Shown one piece after another: positions 22,415 through 34,115 of a DNA stretch of 43,286 nt (within the stretch, counting starts at the first letter, position 1; every line of letters starts with the position of its first letter). The stretch covers positions 1-43,286 of the forward strand of contig JAADHZ010000073.1 in NCBI GenBank assembly GCA_013151575.1, given 5' to 3'. The notes below the pieces were generated by a model that worked only from the letters and a program-made list of their open reading frames with translations, was not told where the DNA came from and searched no databases. This DNA is from Gammaproteobacteria bacterium. Lineage in GTDB: Bacteria > Pseudomonadota > Gammaproteobacteria > SZUA-152. The position numbers and the translations under genes are program-made.

Positions 22415-23182
22415 ATGAGTATCATCATCAAAACCGCCGAAGATATCGAAAAAATGCGCGTCGTCGGGCAATTGGCCGCCGAGCAACTGCGCATGATCGC
22501 CTCCCACATAAAACCAGGAGTCACCACCAATGAACTCAACGACATCTGTCATGAGTACACCATCAACACGCAGGACGCGACCCCCGCGCCGCTGAACTAC
22601 CACGGCTTCCCCAAATCCATTTGCACCTCGGTGAATCATCAGGTCTGCCACGGCATCCCCAGCGACAAAAAGCTGAAAAACGGCGATATCGTCAATATTG
22701 ACGTGACCCTCATCAAAGACGGCTACCACGGCGACACCAGCAAAATGTTCTTCGTCGGCGAACCTTCCATCCTGGCTCAGCGCCTGTGCCGCATCAGCCG
22801 TGAATGTCTGCGGATAGGCATTGAAATGGTCAAACCCGGCATCTATCTTGGCGACATTGGCCACGCCATTCAGCAGCACGCCGAGACCAATAACTGCTCC
22901 GTGGTACGGGAATACTGCGGCCACGGCATCGGCAAAGGTTTCCACGAGGAGCCGCAGGTGCTGCACTACGGCAGCCGGGGCACCGGAGCTATCCTTGAAC
23001 CCGGCATGATCTTCACCATCGAACCCATGCTCAATGCTGGCAAGCGCCAGGTAAAGCTGCTACCCGATGAGTGGACCGTGATCACCAAAGACCGCAGCCT
23101 CTCCGCCCAGTGGGAACACACCATTTTAGTCACCGACGACGGCCACGAGGTGCTGACCCGCTTGCCCGGGGACGATATCTGA
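22415..23182 (+). CDS. map: Type I methionine aminopeptidase
   Basis: FPKSICTSVN..VCHGIP, DGYHGDTS, YCGHGIG..FHEEP, FTIEPM, SAQWEHT. Confidence 0.98.
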   Translation: MSIIIKTAEDIEKMRVVGQLAAEQLRMIASHIKPGVTTNELNDICHEYTINTQDATPAPLNYHGFPKSICTSVNHQVCHGIPSDKKLKNGDIVNIDVTLIKDGYHGDTSKMFFVGEPSILAQRLCRISRECLRIGIEMVKPGIYLGDIGHAIQQHAETNNCSVVREYCGHGIGKGFHEEPQVLHYGSRGTGAILEPGMIFTIEPMLNAGKRQVKLLPDEWTVITKDRSLSAQWEHTILVTDDGHEVLTRLPGDDI

Positions 23183-23294
23183 AACCTGCCTCCCTATTTT
23201 TACGCCCGCATCGCACAGCGACGGGCGTGGAACAGAAATTCCCCGAGTAGCCGATACTCATCAGCGAACCCCTGCCTGGACCTCTACCATCAAA

Positions 23295-25949
23295 ATGAAT
23301 ACCTGCCCCACCTCCGACTGGCTTGAATTTGACCGTTCCCTGGCGCAAACCCAACAGCCATTGGCGCTATTTCGCGCGCAACTCAAATCGGCCAAGGAAT
23401 CGCTGAAGAAACGATTTGACGCCAACGCGCCGGTACACGAACTGGTAACCGAACGCGCGACCGAAGTTGACCAACTCCTGATCCGCGCCTGGCAGCGCCA
23501 GTTCGACCGTGATGACACCCGCATCGCACTGGTGGCCGTAGGGGGTTACGGACGCGGAGAGCTGCACCCCGCCTCCGACGTGGACCTGCTGATCCTCGCC
23601 GCGACGCAGGAAGACATCACCCGCCACGCCGAACACATCGAACAATTCCTGCTATTTCTGTGGGACATGGGACTGGAAGTGGGGCACAGCACCCGCAGCT
23701 TGAATGACTGCGTAGAACAGGCGAAAGCCGATATCACCGTAGTCACCAACCTGATGGAGGCACGACTGCTGGTCGGCCCGTCCGCCCTGTTCCACGAAAT
23801 GAAATCAGCCGTGGGCCCAAACAACATCTGGCCGGGTCTGGATTTTTTCCGCGCCAAACGAGAAGAACAGGTCGCCCGTCACCACCGTTTCCACGACACC
23901 GCCTACAACCTTGAACCCAACATCAAGGAAAACCCAGGCGGGCTGCGCGATCTGCAAATCATCGGCTGGGTGGTCAAGCGCCACTTTGGTGCCGAAACCC
24001 TGCGCGAGCTGGTGGACCACCATTTCCTCACCGAGCACGAATATTGCGCGCTGATGGAGGCGCAGGATTTTTTGTGGCGCATTCGCTTCGGCCTGCACAG
24101 CATCACCGGACGGCGAGAAGACCGCCTGCTGTTCGACCACCAGCGCACCCTGGCCACCCAGTTTGGTTACGAAGATTCCGACAACAAGCTGGCGGTAGAA
24201 CAGTTCATGAAAGACTACTACCGCACCGTGCTGGAGCTGTCCCGGCTCAACGAAATGCTGCTCAACTTGTTTGAGGAAAAAATTCTTTTCGCCGGGGAAA
24301 CCGAACCCCCAGTGACGATTAACACACGCTTCCAGTCACGCCGCGGCGTGCTGGAAGCGCGCCACAACAAGATATTCCTGCGCGAGCCCTGGGCGCTGCT
24401 GGAGGTCTTTTTGCTGATGGCCCGCGATCCGCAGCTGCGTGCCGTGCGCGCCGACACCATTCGACTGATACGCGACCACCGCTACCTTATTGACGCGGAA
24501 TTCCGCCGCACCCCGCGCTGCCACGAACTGTTCGTCGAACTATTTCGGCAGGGCACAGGGCTGACCCACGAACTGCGCCGCATGAACCGTTACGGGGTAT
24601 TGGCTGCTTACGTCCCCCTGTTTGGCGACATCGTCGGGCAAATGCAGCACGACCTGTTTCATGTGTACACCGTGGACGAGCACACCATGTTTGTGGTGCG
24701 TAACCTGCGCCGCTTCACAGTGCCGGAATTCGCCCACGAATTCCCGTTATGCAGCCGCACCATCCATCGCATTGAACAACAGGAAGTGCTCACCCTGGCA
24801 GGGTTTTTTCATGATATCGGCAAAGGTCGCGGAGGCAACCATTCCCAGTTAGGCGCAGTGGACGCCGTCAATTTTTGCCGCGAACACGAAATCAATGAAC
24901 ACAACACCCACATCATCAAATGGCTGGTGGAAAATCACCTGCTCATGTCCACCACCGCGCAGCGAAAGGACATCAGCGACCCCGATGTGATCGCCGAATT
25001 CTCCCAGCGCGTGGGCAACCAAAAACGCCTGAATCATCTCTACCTGCTCACCGTAGCGGACATCCGCGCCACCAGCCCCAGCCTGTGGAATTCCTGGAAA
25101 GACGCCCTGCTCGCCGAGCTATTTCACGCCACCAGTCGCGCCCTGCGACGTGGCCTCGAAAAACCGGCAGACCATCGAGGGCTGGTGGAAGAAATACAGG
25201 ACACCAGCCTGGCCGAGCTGAAAAAACTCGGCATGGATCCCGCCACAGTGCAGACCCACTGGCGGCGACTGAAACCCGACTATTTCCTGCGCCATTCGGC
25301 GAATGAAGTGGTCGCACAGACGCGTAACATACTCAGCATCAAGGACAACTCAAACCCGCTGGTCACGGTGCGCAGCGATACGCCACGCGGTGGCAGCGAA
25401 ATATTCGTGTACATGCGCGACGATCATCAACTGTTCGCCACCATCACGTCGGCGCTGGAACGAATGGGGCTCAACATCACCGATGCCCGGATAATCACGT
25501 CCGCAGACCACTTTGCACTCGATACTTTTCTGGTATTGGAAAAAACCGGCGAGGCTATTGCCGATCCCGCGCGGCGGGAGGAAGTCAAACTCGGCCTGAC
25601 CAATGCCCTCAAAACACCGGGAGATGCGCCCTCCCCCAACGTGCGACTGACACGCCAGCAAAAATATTTTCCCATTGAAACCCGGGTATTGTTTCGCGAA
25701 GATGCCAACAACCATCGCACCGAAATGGAAGTTATCAGCAGTGACCGACCGGGGCTGTTGGCGCGTATCGCCAAGGGCCTGGTGGAATGCGACATTCGGT
25801 TGCAAAACGCCAAAATCGCCACCTTCGGCGAACGCGCGGAAGACATCTTTTTTCTCACAAACAACGACGATCAACCCATTTCCACCGCCCAGCAACACGA
25901 CCTGCGCGAGACTCTTATCGGTCTGCTGGACGATAAACCTCAGCAATAA
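23295..25949 (+). CDS. glnD: [Protein-PII] uridylyltransferase / uridylyl-removing enzyme
   Basis: AVGGYGRGELHPASDVD, IKENPGGLRD, HVYTVDEH, HDIGKGRGG, two ACT domains. Confidence 0.98.
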   Translation: MNTCPTSDWLEFDRSLAQTQQPLALFRAQLKSAKESLKKRFDANAPVHELVTERATEVDQLLIRAWQRQFDRDDTRIALVAVGGYGRGELHPASDVDLLILAATQEDITRHAEHIEQFLLFLWDMGLEVGHSTRSLNDCVEQAKADITVVTNLMEARLLVGPSALFHEMKSAVGPNNIWPGLDFFRAKREEQVARHHRFHDTAYNLEPNIKENPGGLRDLQIIGWVVKRHFGAETLRELVDHHFLTEHEYCALMEAQDFLWRIRFGLHSITGRREDRLLFDHQRTLATQFGYEDSDNKLAVEQFMKDYYRTVLELSRLNEMLLNLFEEKILFAGETEPPVTINTRFQSRRGVLEARHNKIFLREPWALLEVFLLMARDPQLRAVRADTIRLIRDHRYLIDAEFRRTPRCHELFVELFRQGTGLTHELRRMNRYGVLAAYVPLFGDIVGQMQHDLFHVYTVDEHTMFVVRNLRRFTVPEFAHEFPLCSRTIHRIEQQEVLTLAGFFHDIGKGRGGNHSQLGAVDAVNFCREHEINEHNTHIIKWLVENHLLMSTTAQRKDISDPDVIAEFSQRVGNQKRLNHLYLLTVADIRATSPSLWNSWKDALLAELFHATSRALRRGLEKPADHRGLVEEIQDTSLAELKKLGMDPATVQTHWRRLKPDYFLRHSANEVVAQTRNILSIKDNSNPLVTVRSDTPRGGSEIFVYMRDDHQLFATITSALERMGLNITDARIITSADHFALDTFLVLEKTGEAIADPARREEVKLGLTNALKTPGDAPSPNVRLTRQQKYFPIETRVLFREDANNHRTEMEVISSDRPGLLARIAKGLVECDIRLQNAKIATFGERAEDIFFLTNNDDQPISTAQQHDLRETLIGLLDDKPQQ

Positions 25950-26012
25950 CCAGATTTTTAGAGCGACGTTTAAGCTGTGCGGGGAGCCTGTCGGGTTTAG
26001 GATGTATCTACT

Positions 26013-26051
26013 GCGGAAAGATGTCCGTATTTATCGCTTTTGCTATGTTTC
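26013..26051 (-). mobile_element. Degenerate attC left arm
   Basis: Minus strand GAAACATAGC AAAA GCGATAAATACGGACATCTTTCCGC overlapping the stop codon; same layout as the left arm of the intact attC at 42938 (ATATAAC AAGG TTGATCAACACGGATTATTTTCAGC). Confidence 0.5.
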
Positions 26052-27014
26052 AATTGTTAATTCTGGCCATAATTCAAGCCACTTCTTACTTGATACCCTA
26101 TCTTGAAATGCATTTTTTGATGTACATTTTGGGTTTCGAGTGGCCGCCAACCTAATAACGTCACAAGCGGAAAAGGGTGACCCAATACTAACTACACCTT
26201 CCTTCGTAAGCGTAACGCCGATTGCTGTCTGTATTTCTGGCCAATATGACATTGCTTCGATGCAGCCATTGTATGAATCATGGCCATGTTTCAATGACAT
26301 TCGAGCTTGGTTTTTTACAGACCAATGACAGTTTGGCATAGACTTAACCAATTCATTTTCTATTTCAACGTCCCGATCAGGTGAAGTATTTGAAGTGTCA
26401 AAATATATTAGATCAATATCATTGAGTGGCGTTACCTCTTTATATCCTTGCAATTTATCCCAAATCAAATTTCTTACAAACCCTGCTGACAGATACCACT
26501 CATCATTCATAACCGCCTCAGAGATTTTCAAACATTCGAGCCTGAATTTATCATCTGATATCCATCGGCTGATTATCTCAAACGACTTGAATTTAGCCCC
26601 AACCAAGGAAACAGAACCCTCGATAAACTCCAGCGCATTGCCATCGGGGTCACGACAAAACACTGCCCGTCGCCCCGAACGACTGCGAGTGAATTCCACA
26701 CCAGCGGCCTCCAGTGAGGCCGTCAGCACATCCAGCTCGTCAACACTGAACGCCACGTGCCGGTCCCGGCCGCCGTGCGATGAGTGGTTTGATACGGGAT
26801 CGGGGCTAGGCAACTCCAGCAGATGAATCTGCTGCCGCCCCACCTGTAGCCAGGCACCGGGAAAACCCAGTGCCGGGCGCTGCGGATCCAGCTCCAGACC
26901 CAGCACGTTCCGGTAAAAAAGCAAGCTGCGAGCAGTATCTGCCACCAGCAGGCTGGCGTGAACGATTTCGTTGATAGTGGCCATCATGACTTTCCCGTTA
27001 TTGTCGTGGAACAC
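26043..27014 (-). CDS. Fusion ORF: VOC/glyoxalase domain + DUF925-like (NTP_transf_6) nucleotidyltransferase
   Basis: N-half HASLLV..FY..VLGL...GRDRHVAF...RDPDGNALE (GC-rich); C-half WYLSAGFVRNLIWD..DIDLIYFD..WSVKNQARM..WPE (AT-rich). Real start may be at MMATI (~26987). Confidence 0.8.
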   Translation of the reverse strand: MFHDNNGKVMMATINEIVHASLLVADTARSLLFYRNVLGLELDPQRPALGFPGAWLQVGRQQIHLLELPSPDPVSNHSSHGGRDRHVAFSVDELDVLTASLEAAGVEFTRSRSGRRAVFCRDPDGNALEFIEGSVSLVGAKFKSFEIISRWISDDKFRLECLKISEAVMNDEWYLSAGFVRNLIWDKLQGYKEVTPLNDIDLIYFDTSNTSPDRDVEIENELVKSMPNCHWSVKNQARMSLKHGHDSYNGCIEAMSYWPEIQTAIGVTLTKEGVVSIGSPFSACDVIRLAATRNPKCTSKNAFQDRVSSKKWLELWPELTIET

Positions 27015-27552
27015 ACGTTAACAGATCGTGAAAAAATCAGCTGCGGCGCATTGCGAGCATCCACACCACCGCTGCGGAATTCCAGCAATTCGAGTGATAC
27101 AACACACCTCTCCACGTTGAATGAAAAACAAAATAGCGAATGGTACCGAAATACTCATCCATCATTGTCTTCCTATCTTGCCAAATCCGCTGGCAACCAC
27201 GTGGAAAAATTCAATACAAAGAGAAAGGACAACCATAAAAACATATTGCGTCGTCTAAAAACAAAATCATTATATTTGAAAATATGTAGAAATTTCCTAA
27301 AGCCTGAGTTTTTCAGGCCGCATAACGCAACCATGAATTGAGAAACCAGCATGTGAATATTTTTGTTGCACAATTCAAATTGTGCGGTATCGCTCCCCTT
27401 GCTGACACCAAAACCAGGACAGCAAACGCATTAACAAGGGAGCTCGACTCCCATCCAACATTTATTTCCAAATCGGTTTATCGAAATATGGCCGTGCGTT
27501 TACGAAATAGAGAGATTTAATGATGCGCGTATCCAACCCTCCCCCGAATAGC

Positions 27553-29571
27553 ATGAAACTGACCATCCAAAACAAATTGTTGATGGGCTTTGGTTTGGTG
27601 CTGGCACTCGTTGCGCTGGTGTCCATTAACAATATTTTGATGATGAACACCATCACCGAAGATGAACATCGGCTCACCGATTTACGTTTGCCAACGGTGA
27701 TGGCTGGCTTGCAAATAACCGATGGCATTCATCTCTCTCTGGCCGGACTGCGCGGCTATATAATTTTGGGAGGCAACCCGACAGCAGCGGAAAAATTCAA
27801 GGCTGAGCGCCAGCGAGGCTGGGATGAAATAGACTCTTCTATGGTGAAAATGGACGCATTTTCCAAACATTGGACGGACCCACAAAATGTGGAATTACTC
27901 GATGAAATGGAAGGACTGTTAAAGGAGTTCCGGGCGACTCAGCAGGAAGTGGAAGACATCTCCCACACTAATGCGAACATCCCTGCATTCAGTATGCTAC
28001 TCACCGAGGCAGCACCCCGGGCGGCAAAAATTCTCAGCGCTATTAGCATCCTCATCAATGAAGAAGAAACACTTGCCGCCACTCCTGAGCGCAAAAAAAT
28101 GCTGAAATTGCTAGCGGACAGCCGTGGTTCTTTTGCGATTGGCCTCGCCAACATCCGGGCCTACCTGCTTTCCGGTGAGGCACAGTTTTCTGACAATTTT
28201 CGTACCAAATGGAAAATCAACGAGGCCCGTTTCAAACAGATTTCAATCATGAGCAACCTGTTCAACAACAAGCAGACAACGGCATGGGATACCTACAAAA
28301 CCTTGCGTGCCGAATTCACCCCCTTACCATCAAAAATGTTCGCGCTGCGTAACGGCAAGGACTGGAATTTGGCTAACTACTGGTTAGGAACTAAGGCCGC
28401 GCCCAAGGCCGCTGCTATTATGGATATCCTAGACAAAATGCGTGCTTCGCAGGACAAGTTGGCAACAGCGGATCGCGCTAAGCTGGAAAGTGAGACCACC
28501 CAGATGAAGACCACGATGATCATCGGAACTCTGGTCGCTTTGGGCCTCGGGATCATTATCGCAATATTCATCAGCCGCATGATTACTGTGCCATTAAAAG
28601 AGGCAGTGGCCCGTGCCAAAGCCGTCGCAAAAGGCGACCTCACGGGTCCCGAACTGAAAGTCAAAGGCAATGATGAGCTGGCGGAATTGGCCGCCGCCAC
28701 CAATGACATGAACAACAATTTGCGCGAGATGGTCCACCAGATTTCCGGTTCCACCGCACAATTGGGCGCGGCCTCTGAGAAGCTTTCAACCATCACCGAG
28801 CAAACTAGCCAAAACATTTACGAGCAGCAATCACAAACCGAGCAGGTGGCCACGGCCATGAATGAAATGAGCGCCACAGCACAAGAGGTGAGTAAAAACA
28901 TCAGCGGCAGCGCCAATGCCGCTGATGAGGCCAGCACGGAAACAGCGGCAGGACGAAAACTGGTGGAAGATGCTGTTACGGCCATCCAAACACTGGCTGG
29001 ACAAATCGAAAACGCGACAGAAGTTATTCATCAGCTTGAGCAGGACAGCGAGAACATCAACGCTGTGCTAGATGTGATCAAGGGCGTGGCCGAGCAAACC
29101 AATCTACTGGCACTAAATGCCGCCATTGAAGCTGCTCGTGCTGGCGAACAAGGCCGCGGATTTGCAGTGGTGGCCGATGAAGTGCGCACCCTGGCGGGGC
29201 GTACTCAGCAATCCACAGAGGAAATCAACCAGGTCATCGAAAAACTTCAAAGCGGTTCACGCAAAGCCGTGGAAGTGATGAACAGGAGCAGTGAAGAGGC
29301 CCGGTTAGTGGTCGGGCAAGCAACTAGGGCGGGCGATTCGCTGGCTGCTATTTCCACCAGTGTAGAACGCATCAACGACATGAGCACCCAGATTGCCAGC
29401 GCAGCAGAGCAGCAAAACGCCACAGCGGAGGAAATCAATCGCAATATCACCAGCATTTCCAAAATGTCGATGGAAACCAGCGCCGGGGCGCAACAAACAG
29501 CTGCTGCCAGTGGCGACCTTGCCAAACTGGGTACGGAACTACAAAACTTGGTGGGGCGATTCTCAATTTGA
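27553..29571 (+). CDS. Methyl-accepting chemotaxis protein
   Basis: Two TM helices, large periplasmic domain, [37 protein letters not shown]. Confidence 0.96.
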   Translation: MKLTIQNKLLMGFGLVLALVALVSINNILMMNTITEDEHRLTDLRLPTVMAGLQITDGIHLSLAGLRGYIILGGNPTAAEKFKAERQRGWDEIDSSMVKMDAFSKHWTDPQNVELLDEMEGLLKEFRATQQEVEDISHTNANIPAFSMLLTEAAPRAAKILSAISILINEEETLAATPERKKMLKLLADSRGSFAIGLANIRAYLLSGEAQFSDNFRTKWKINEARFKQISIMSNLFNNKQTTAWDTYKTLRAEFTPLPSKMFALRNGKDWNLANYWLGTKAAPKAAAIMDILDKMRASQDKLATADRAKLESETTQMKTTMIIGTLVALGLGIIIAIFISRMITVPLKEAVARAKAVAKGDLTGPELKVKGNDELAELAAATNDMNNNLREMVHQISGSTAQLGAASEKLSTITEQTSQNIYEQQSQTEQVATAMNEMSATAQEVSKNISGSANAADEASTETAAGRKLVEDAVTAIQTLAGQIENATEVIHQLEQDSENINAVLDVIKGVAEQTNLLALNAAIEAARAGEQGRGFAVVADEVRTLAGRTQQSTEEINQVIEKLQSGSRKAVEVMNRSSEEARLVVGQATRAGDSLAAISTSVERINDMSTQIASAAEQQNATAEEINRNITSISKMSMETSAGAQQTAAASGDLAKLGTELQNLVGRFSI

Positions 29572-29716
29572 AAAACCACCACGTATTCATTAAGTACCAA
29601 TGCCTCAATAAACGCCCTCGTCCCAGGGTGCAATATATTTATAGGCATTCGCTCACGCAAAGCATTCGCCGTAAGCGGCGGGGGAATTAAACCATAAAAA
29701 ATATAAGGAAACCGAC

Positions 29717-32188
29717 ATGGAAGCTATTCTTGTCCCCGCCATTGGTTTGATGAACCGGTTTCGTTACCCAACCAAATTCGGCATCATTTTCCTGATCGTG
29801 CTGATACCAGTGGTGGCCTTGAGCGCTAGTCTGATTTCCGCTACCAGCGAAGACGTGGCCTTCCTTGAAAAGGAACGCATTGGCCTGGCTTACATCAAAA
29901 CAATGCGTCAACCCATCGAACATATTCAGCAGCATCGCGGCATGATGGCGGCCTACCTCAATGGCACTGCGGAATTCCGCGAACGCATTATGCAAAAGCG
30001 TGCCAACGTCGATAAAAACCTGGCCGAGCTTAAAACTCTCGACGAAAAACTGGGGGCACAATTCGGCAGCGGCGATGCCGTGGACAAATTAATGCGTCAG
30101 TGGAATGCCATCAAAGCCAATGTCATGAGCATGACCACAGCCGAAGCCATCAAAGTACACAGCACCATGATCGCCGACATGCTTGCCCTGACGAGCACCA
30201 TTGCCAATGCCTCCGAGATCACTCTGGACCCGAAGCTCGACAGCTATTATATGGCTGAAGCCATTGTCTCCGCTTTGCCCAACATGCTGGAAAATATGGG
30301 GCAGGCACGCGCCGTGGGTTCTAGTGTGGCTGCCAAGGGCCGTTTTACCAATCCAAAAATCTACACAAAACTGGCAGTGCTTTCCAACAACATTGATCTT
30401 TATTTCAAGAATGCCAGCTCTGGATTACAGGCGGCTTATGAAGAAAATGCCGTAGCAGCCAAGGACCTGAAGGGGCCGACCAACAGCAACAATAACGCCA
30501 TCCGCGAGATGCAAGCCCTGTTGAATGACAAACTGCTGAACGCCGAAACCATCACCGTCAGTGGTGACCAGGTTTTCAATACCGCCACCATCGCCATTGG
30601 TGGATCCTATAAACTCTACGATGCGCTGGTACCGGTGCTGGACCAGCTGTTCGTACAGCGTATCGAAGCCGGACGTGTCGACATGATCATGGCTACCAGT
30701 GTCGTCGTTGTGGTACTCGCACTGGTAGCGTATTTGTTTACCGGCTTCTATTTTTCGGTACGCCAAAACATTGCGCAGATTAGCAACGCCGCCAGCAAAC
30801 TCGCCGACGGCGATCTGACTGTGCAGGTAACACTCAACAGTCGCGATGAAATGAGCCAGATCGGCGATGCCATCAACACGATCGCCAAGGGTGTCGGCCA
30901 AACCGTTTCGACCGTGGTCGGCACCAATACACGGTTTGTGGACGTCGCAGGCCGCCTGGCCGAGTCCAGCCGCAATACCGGAAATGCGGTGAACAGCCAA
31001 GTGCGAGACATCGAGGAAACCGCCATCGCCATCGCGCAAATGGCCAGTGCGGTACAGGACGTGGCCGCCAACACCGCCCAGGCCGCCACTGCGGCACAAC
31101 AGGCCAACGACGCAGGCACCAATGGCCAACAGGTGGTGAGCGATGCCGTCACCTCCATCAACAAACTGGCCGACGATCTGGACCATGTCGCGGGCGTCAT
31201 CCATCAGCTGGAAGAAAATAGCCAAAGCATCAGCGGTATTCTGGAAGTCATCCGCAGCATCGCCGAGCAGACCAATCTGCTGGCCCTGAACGCAGCCATC
31301 GAGGCCGCCCGTGCCGGAGAACAGGGACGCGGTTTCGCCGTGGTGGCCGACGAAGTGCGCAACCTGGCAGGTCGAACCCAGGAATCCACCCTGGAAATTC
31401 AGACCATGATTGAGCAGTTACAAGCAGGCACCCGGGAAGCAGTACACGTCATGGAAGCCAGTAGCACTCAGGCCAGCAAGAGTGTCGAACACGCCAATGA
31501 CGCAGGCAATGTATTGCGGGAACTGACGGGGCTAGTGGCCTCCATCAGTGATATGAATATCCGTATCGCCGCCTCAGCAGAAGAGCAAAGCGCCATGGCG
31601 ACAGAAATTGATCACAACATCAGCAACATGTCCAACGCTGCGGAACAGTCCGCCATTATTGCTCAAACCTCTGTAGAAGATAGCGCCCAAGCCATGGCCC
31701 TGGCCTCGGAATCACAATCCATGCTGAAGCGTTTTCAAATTGATAGGGCAGCACTAAAAAAATTCAAAGCTGAACACAATCATGTACTGTTTCAGTGGGA
31801 TAATTCCTATAGCGTCAACATTCAGGAAATTGATCGTCAGCATCTGGTGCTCATTGATCTGATTAACGACCTATACCATGAGGTAAAAAACAACAGCGAC
31901 ATGCACCTACTAGGACGAATATTACAGGGTCTGATCGACTACACGGTTTCTCACTTTGGCTACGAAGAGGGGCTGATGGAACGGCATGATTACGAGCACC
32001 TAGTCACTCACCGAGCCAAACACAAAAAACTGGTGGGCGAAGTACTCGATTTCCAGCGTCGCGTGAATGCGAACGATGACAGTGTGGTGGATGAATTGCT
32101 TGTATTTCTTAACGACTGGCTCGCCAAACACATCAAGGGCACGGATACCAAGTACGCCGCAGTGCTGAATGCCAAAGGGATTCATTAG
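29717..32188 (+). CDS. Methyl-accepting chemotaxis protein with C-terminal bacteriohemerythrin
   Basis: TM-sensor-TM-HAMP-MA, then W..SYSV....ID.QH, HF..EE, H...H, WL..HI...D hemerythrin motifs. Confidence 0.93.
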   Translation: MEAILVPAIGLMNRFRYPTKFGIIFLIVLIPVVALSASLISATSEDVAFLEKERIGLAYIKTMRQPIEHIQQHRGMMAAYLNGTAEFRERIMQKRANVDKNLAELKTLDEKLGAQFGSGDAVDKLMRQWNAIKANVMSMTTAEAIKVHSTMIADMLALTSTIANASEITLDPKLDSYYMAEAIVSALPNMLENMGQARAVGSSVAAKGRFTNPKIYTKLAVLSNNIDLYFKNASSGLQAAYEENAVAAKDLKGPTNSNNNAIREMQALLNDKLLNAETITVSGDQVFNTATIAIGGSYKLYDALVPVLDQLFVQRIEAGRVDMIMATSVVVVVLALVAYLFTGFYFSVRQNIAQISNAASKLADGDLTVQVTLNSRDEMSQIGDAINTIAKGVGQTVSTVVGTNTRFVDVAGRLAESSRNTGNAVNSQVRDIEETAIAIAQMASAVQDVAANTAQAATAAQQANDAGTNGQQVVSDAVTSINKLADDLDHVAGVIHQLEENSQSISGILEVIRSIAEQTNLLALNAAIEAARAGEQGRGFAVVADEVRNLAGRTQESTLEIQTMIEQLQAGTREAVHVMEASSTQASKSVEHANDAGNVLRELTGLVASISDMNIRIAASAEEQSAMATEIDHNISNMSNAAEQSAIIAQTSVEDSAQAMALASESQSMLKRFQIDRAALKKFKAEHNHVLFQWDNSYSVNIQEIDRQHLVLIDLINDLYHEVKNNSDMHLLGRILQGLIDYTVSHFGYEEGLMERHDYEHLVTHRAKHKKLVGEVLDFQRRVNANDDSVVDELLVFLNDWLAKHIKGTDTKYAAVLNAKGIH

Positions 32189-32379
32189 TTTCCGGAAGCG
32201 GCTTAAGGGGTCAAGGCCGAAGGGCACCAAGTTAAGCAAAATACTTGCTATATTTCAATCAATTATAGCAAAATCCGACACCGGTAAGTTCGAAATATTT
32301 TCCTCGCGTTCTTGTTCATATGCCTGTTTTTCATGGGCAAACTGATGGTGAAGCAGTTAAACATGTAATGGTAACCATT

Positions 32380-32795
32380 CAGGGCAATCGGGCTTAAATC
32401 ACATACCGATCACGTTAAGTGTCAGGTGAGCCAGGCCTGCGACCCAGCGGGAGAAACATTCACTAAATTGCTCAGTCTCTATCGCTGCAAAAACATCGCC
32501 AAAGGTATCGTGAGAGGGGATGCCGTGGGTTAATTCAAGTTGTTCGGTAAACCAGTTTTTTTAGCTTTACCAAACTCCTCAATGGCCGCCCCACAAATCA
32601 CCGCGCTTAGCACAATGAAGAAGATATCGGGCAACTCATGCTTCTTTTGCCGGTTAACTCGTGGATCGACTATGCTGGGATACTGGTGCAGTATTCAGGC
32701 TGTCGGTGGCTTTGTCATTTGATACCATTCAAATAGTTAACCTCGACACCTCATCTGAACCCTGTTATCAAGACCTTTTAAACCCGACTGCCCTG
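32380..32795 (-). mobile_element. Internally deleted ISAs1-family element
   Basis: TIRs CAGGGCAATCGGGCTTAAA / CAGGGCAGTCGGGTTTAAA (17/19) enclose a transposase remnant. Confidence 0.85.
32399..32718 (-). pseudogene. ISAs1 transposase N-terminal fragment
   Basis: DPRVNRQKKHELPDIFFIVLSAVICGA..IEEFG / GIPSHDTFGDVF; early TGA, frameshift in an A7 run, DDE core missing. Confidence 0.85.
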
Positions 32796-32934
32796 AGTTA
32801 TCAGTGAACTAGTGTTACTTTTTCCCCTCTGAGGCTTTACACTCCAGCACCCGGTACACTTGAAGTCTGGGGAAAAACCCTCAGCGGGAAGAAGAAGCCC
32901 GCCTGCCGCAGCCATCGTTAAAACATCGTTCCCC

Positions 32935-34056
32935 ATGCCCCCTGAATCCGCCTCCCATTCTCTCGTCGCTACGGACACACAGCAAACCACCACCATCATG
33001 GTGGGCGTCTCCGGTGGTGTGGATTCCTCAGTGACAGCCTCTCTGCTGAAACAGCAGGGATTCGCCGTGCAGGGGCTGTTCATGAAAAACTGGGAGGAGG
33101 ATGATAAAGACGGCTACTGTAGCGCCGCCGTCGATCTGGAAGATGCCGCCGGCGTGTGCCGGTCGCTGGGCATCACGCTGCACACCCGCAATTTTTCTAG
33201 CGAATACTGGGAAAACGTGTTCAGCCATTTTCTCGACGAATACCGCGCTGGCCGCACTCCTAACCCTGATGTGCTGTGCAACCGGGAAATCAAATTTAAA
33301 ACCTTTCTGGAACATGCTCTCGTTCTCGGTGCCGATCAGATTGCCACCGGGCACTACGCCCGCGTGGAGTATCGGGATGGTTACTACCGGTTATGCAAAG
33401 CCGTGGACACCAACAAAGATCAAACCTATTTTCTGCACGCCCTGAATCAGGCACAGCTGGAAAAAACCCGCTTTCCACTGGGCGAACTCACCAAGCCGCA
33501 AGTGCGCGAGCTGGCCCGCGCGGCCGGCTTCGCCAACCATGCCAAAAAAGACAGTACCGGCATCTGCTTTATTGGTGAACGCAAATTCAAGGAATTTCTC
33601 AGCCAGTATCTGCCGACGCAGCCCGGCGACATGCAAACGCCGGACGGCACAGTGGTGAGCCAACACGATGGGCTCATGTATTACACCTTGGGCCAACGCC
33701 AGGGCCTAGGCATCGGCGGCTCTAAAACCGGCAGCGGCGACCCCTGGTTTGTGGTGGGCAAGGAGCTGGAACACAACATCCTGGTGGTGGCGCAGGGCCA
33801 CGATCATCCGCTGTTGTTTCGTGACGAATTGCAGGCGGAGCAACTGAACTGGATCGCCCGCCCCCCAGCAGAGGTACCATACCGGTGCCGTGCCAAGACG
33901 CGCTATCGCCAGCCGGACCAGGCCTGTACCATTACGCAAATGGAAGGTGATCGCTGCCATGTGGTATTTGACACGCCCCAGCGGGCCATCACGCCGGGGC
34001 AGTCCGTGGTTTTTTATCAGGGCGACGAATGCCTGGGTGGCGGGGTTATACTCTGA
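32935..34056 (+). CDS. mnmA: tRNA 2-thiouridylase
   Basis: [55 protein letters not shown]. Confidence 0.98.
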   Translation: MPPESASHSLVATDTQQTTTIMVGVSGGVDSSVTASLLKQQGFAVQGLFMKNWEEDDKDGYCSAAVDLEDAAGVCRSLGITLHTRNFSSEYWENVFSHFLDEYRAGRTPNPDVLCNREIKFKTFLEHALVLGADQIATGHYARVEYRDGYYRLCKAVDTNKDQTYFLHALNQAQLEKTRFPLGELTKPQVRELARAAGFANHAKKDSTGICFIGERKFKEFLSQYLPTQPGDMQTPDGTVVSQHDGLMYYTLGQRQGLGIGGSKTGSGDPWFVVGKELEHNILVVAQGHDHPLLFRDELQAEQLNWIARPPAEVPYRCRAKTRYRQPDQACTITQMEGDRCHVVFDTPQRAITPGQSVVFYQGDECLGGGVIL

Positions 34057-34115
34057 CCGCCGCCACCCGCAAAACAGCACCTTCACCAACATCACCTTCA
34101 GACCCGACAAACACC

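Noticed and set aside
25960-26005. Second degenerate attC (CCTAAAC...CAGCTTAAACGTC on the minus strand)
   Set aside because: Suggestive ends, but no convincing L-box pairing.
29640-29690. c-di-GMP-I riboswitch before the second MCP (ACGCAAAGC)
   Set aside because: Lacks the GGCAAAC/GNRA P2 stem; only a small hairpin is present.
32320-32370. GGGCAAAC riboswitch-like start
   Set aside because: No GACGCAAAG or second stem, and no suitably placed downstream gene.
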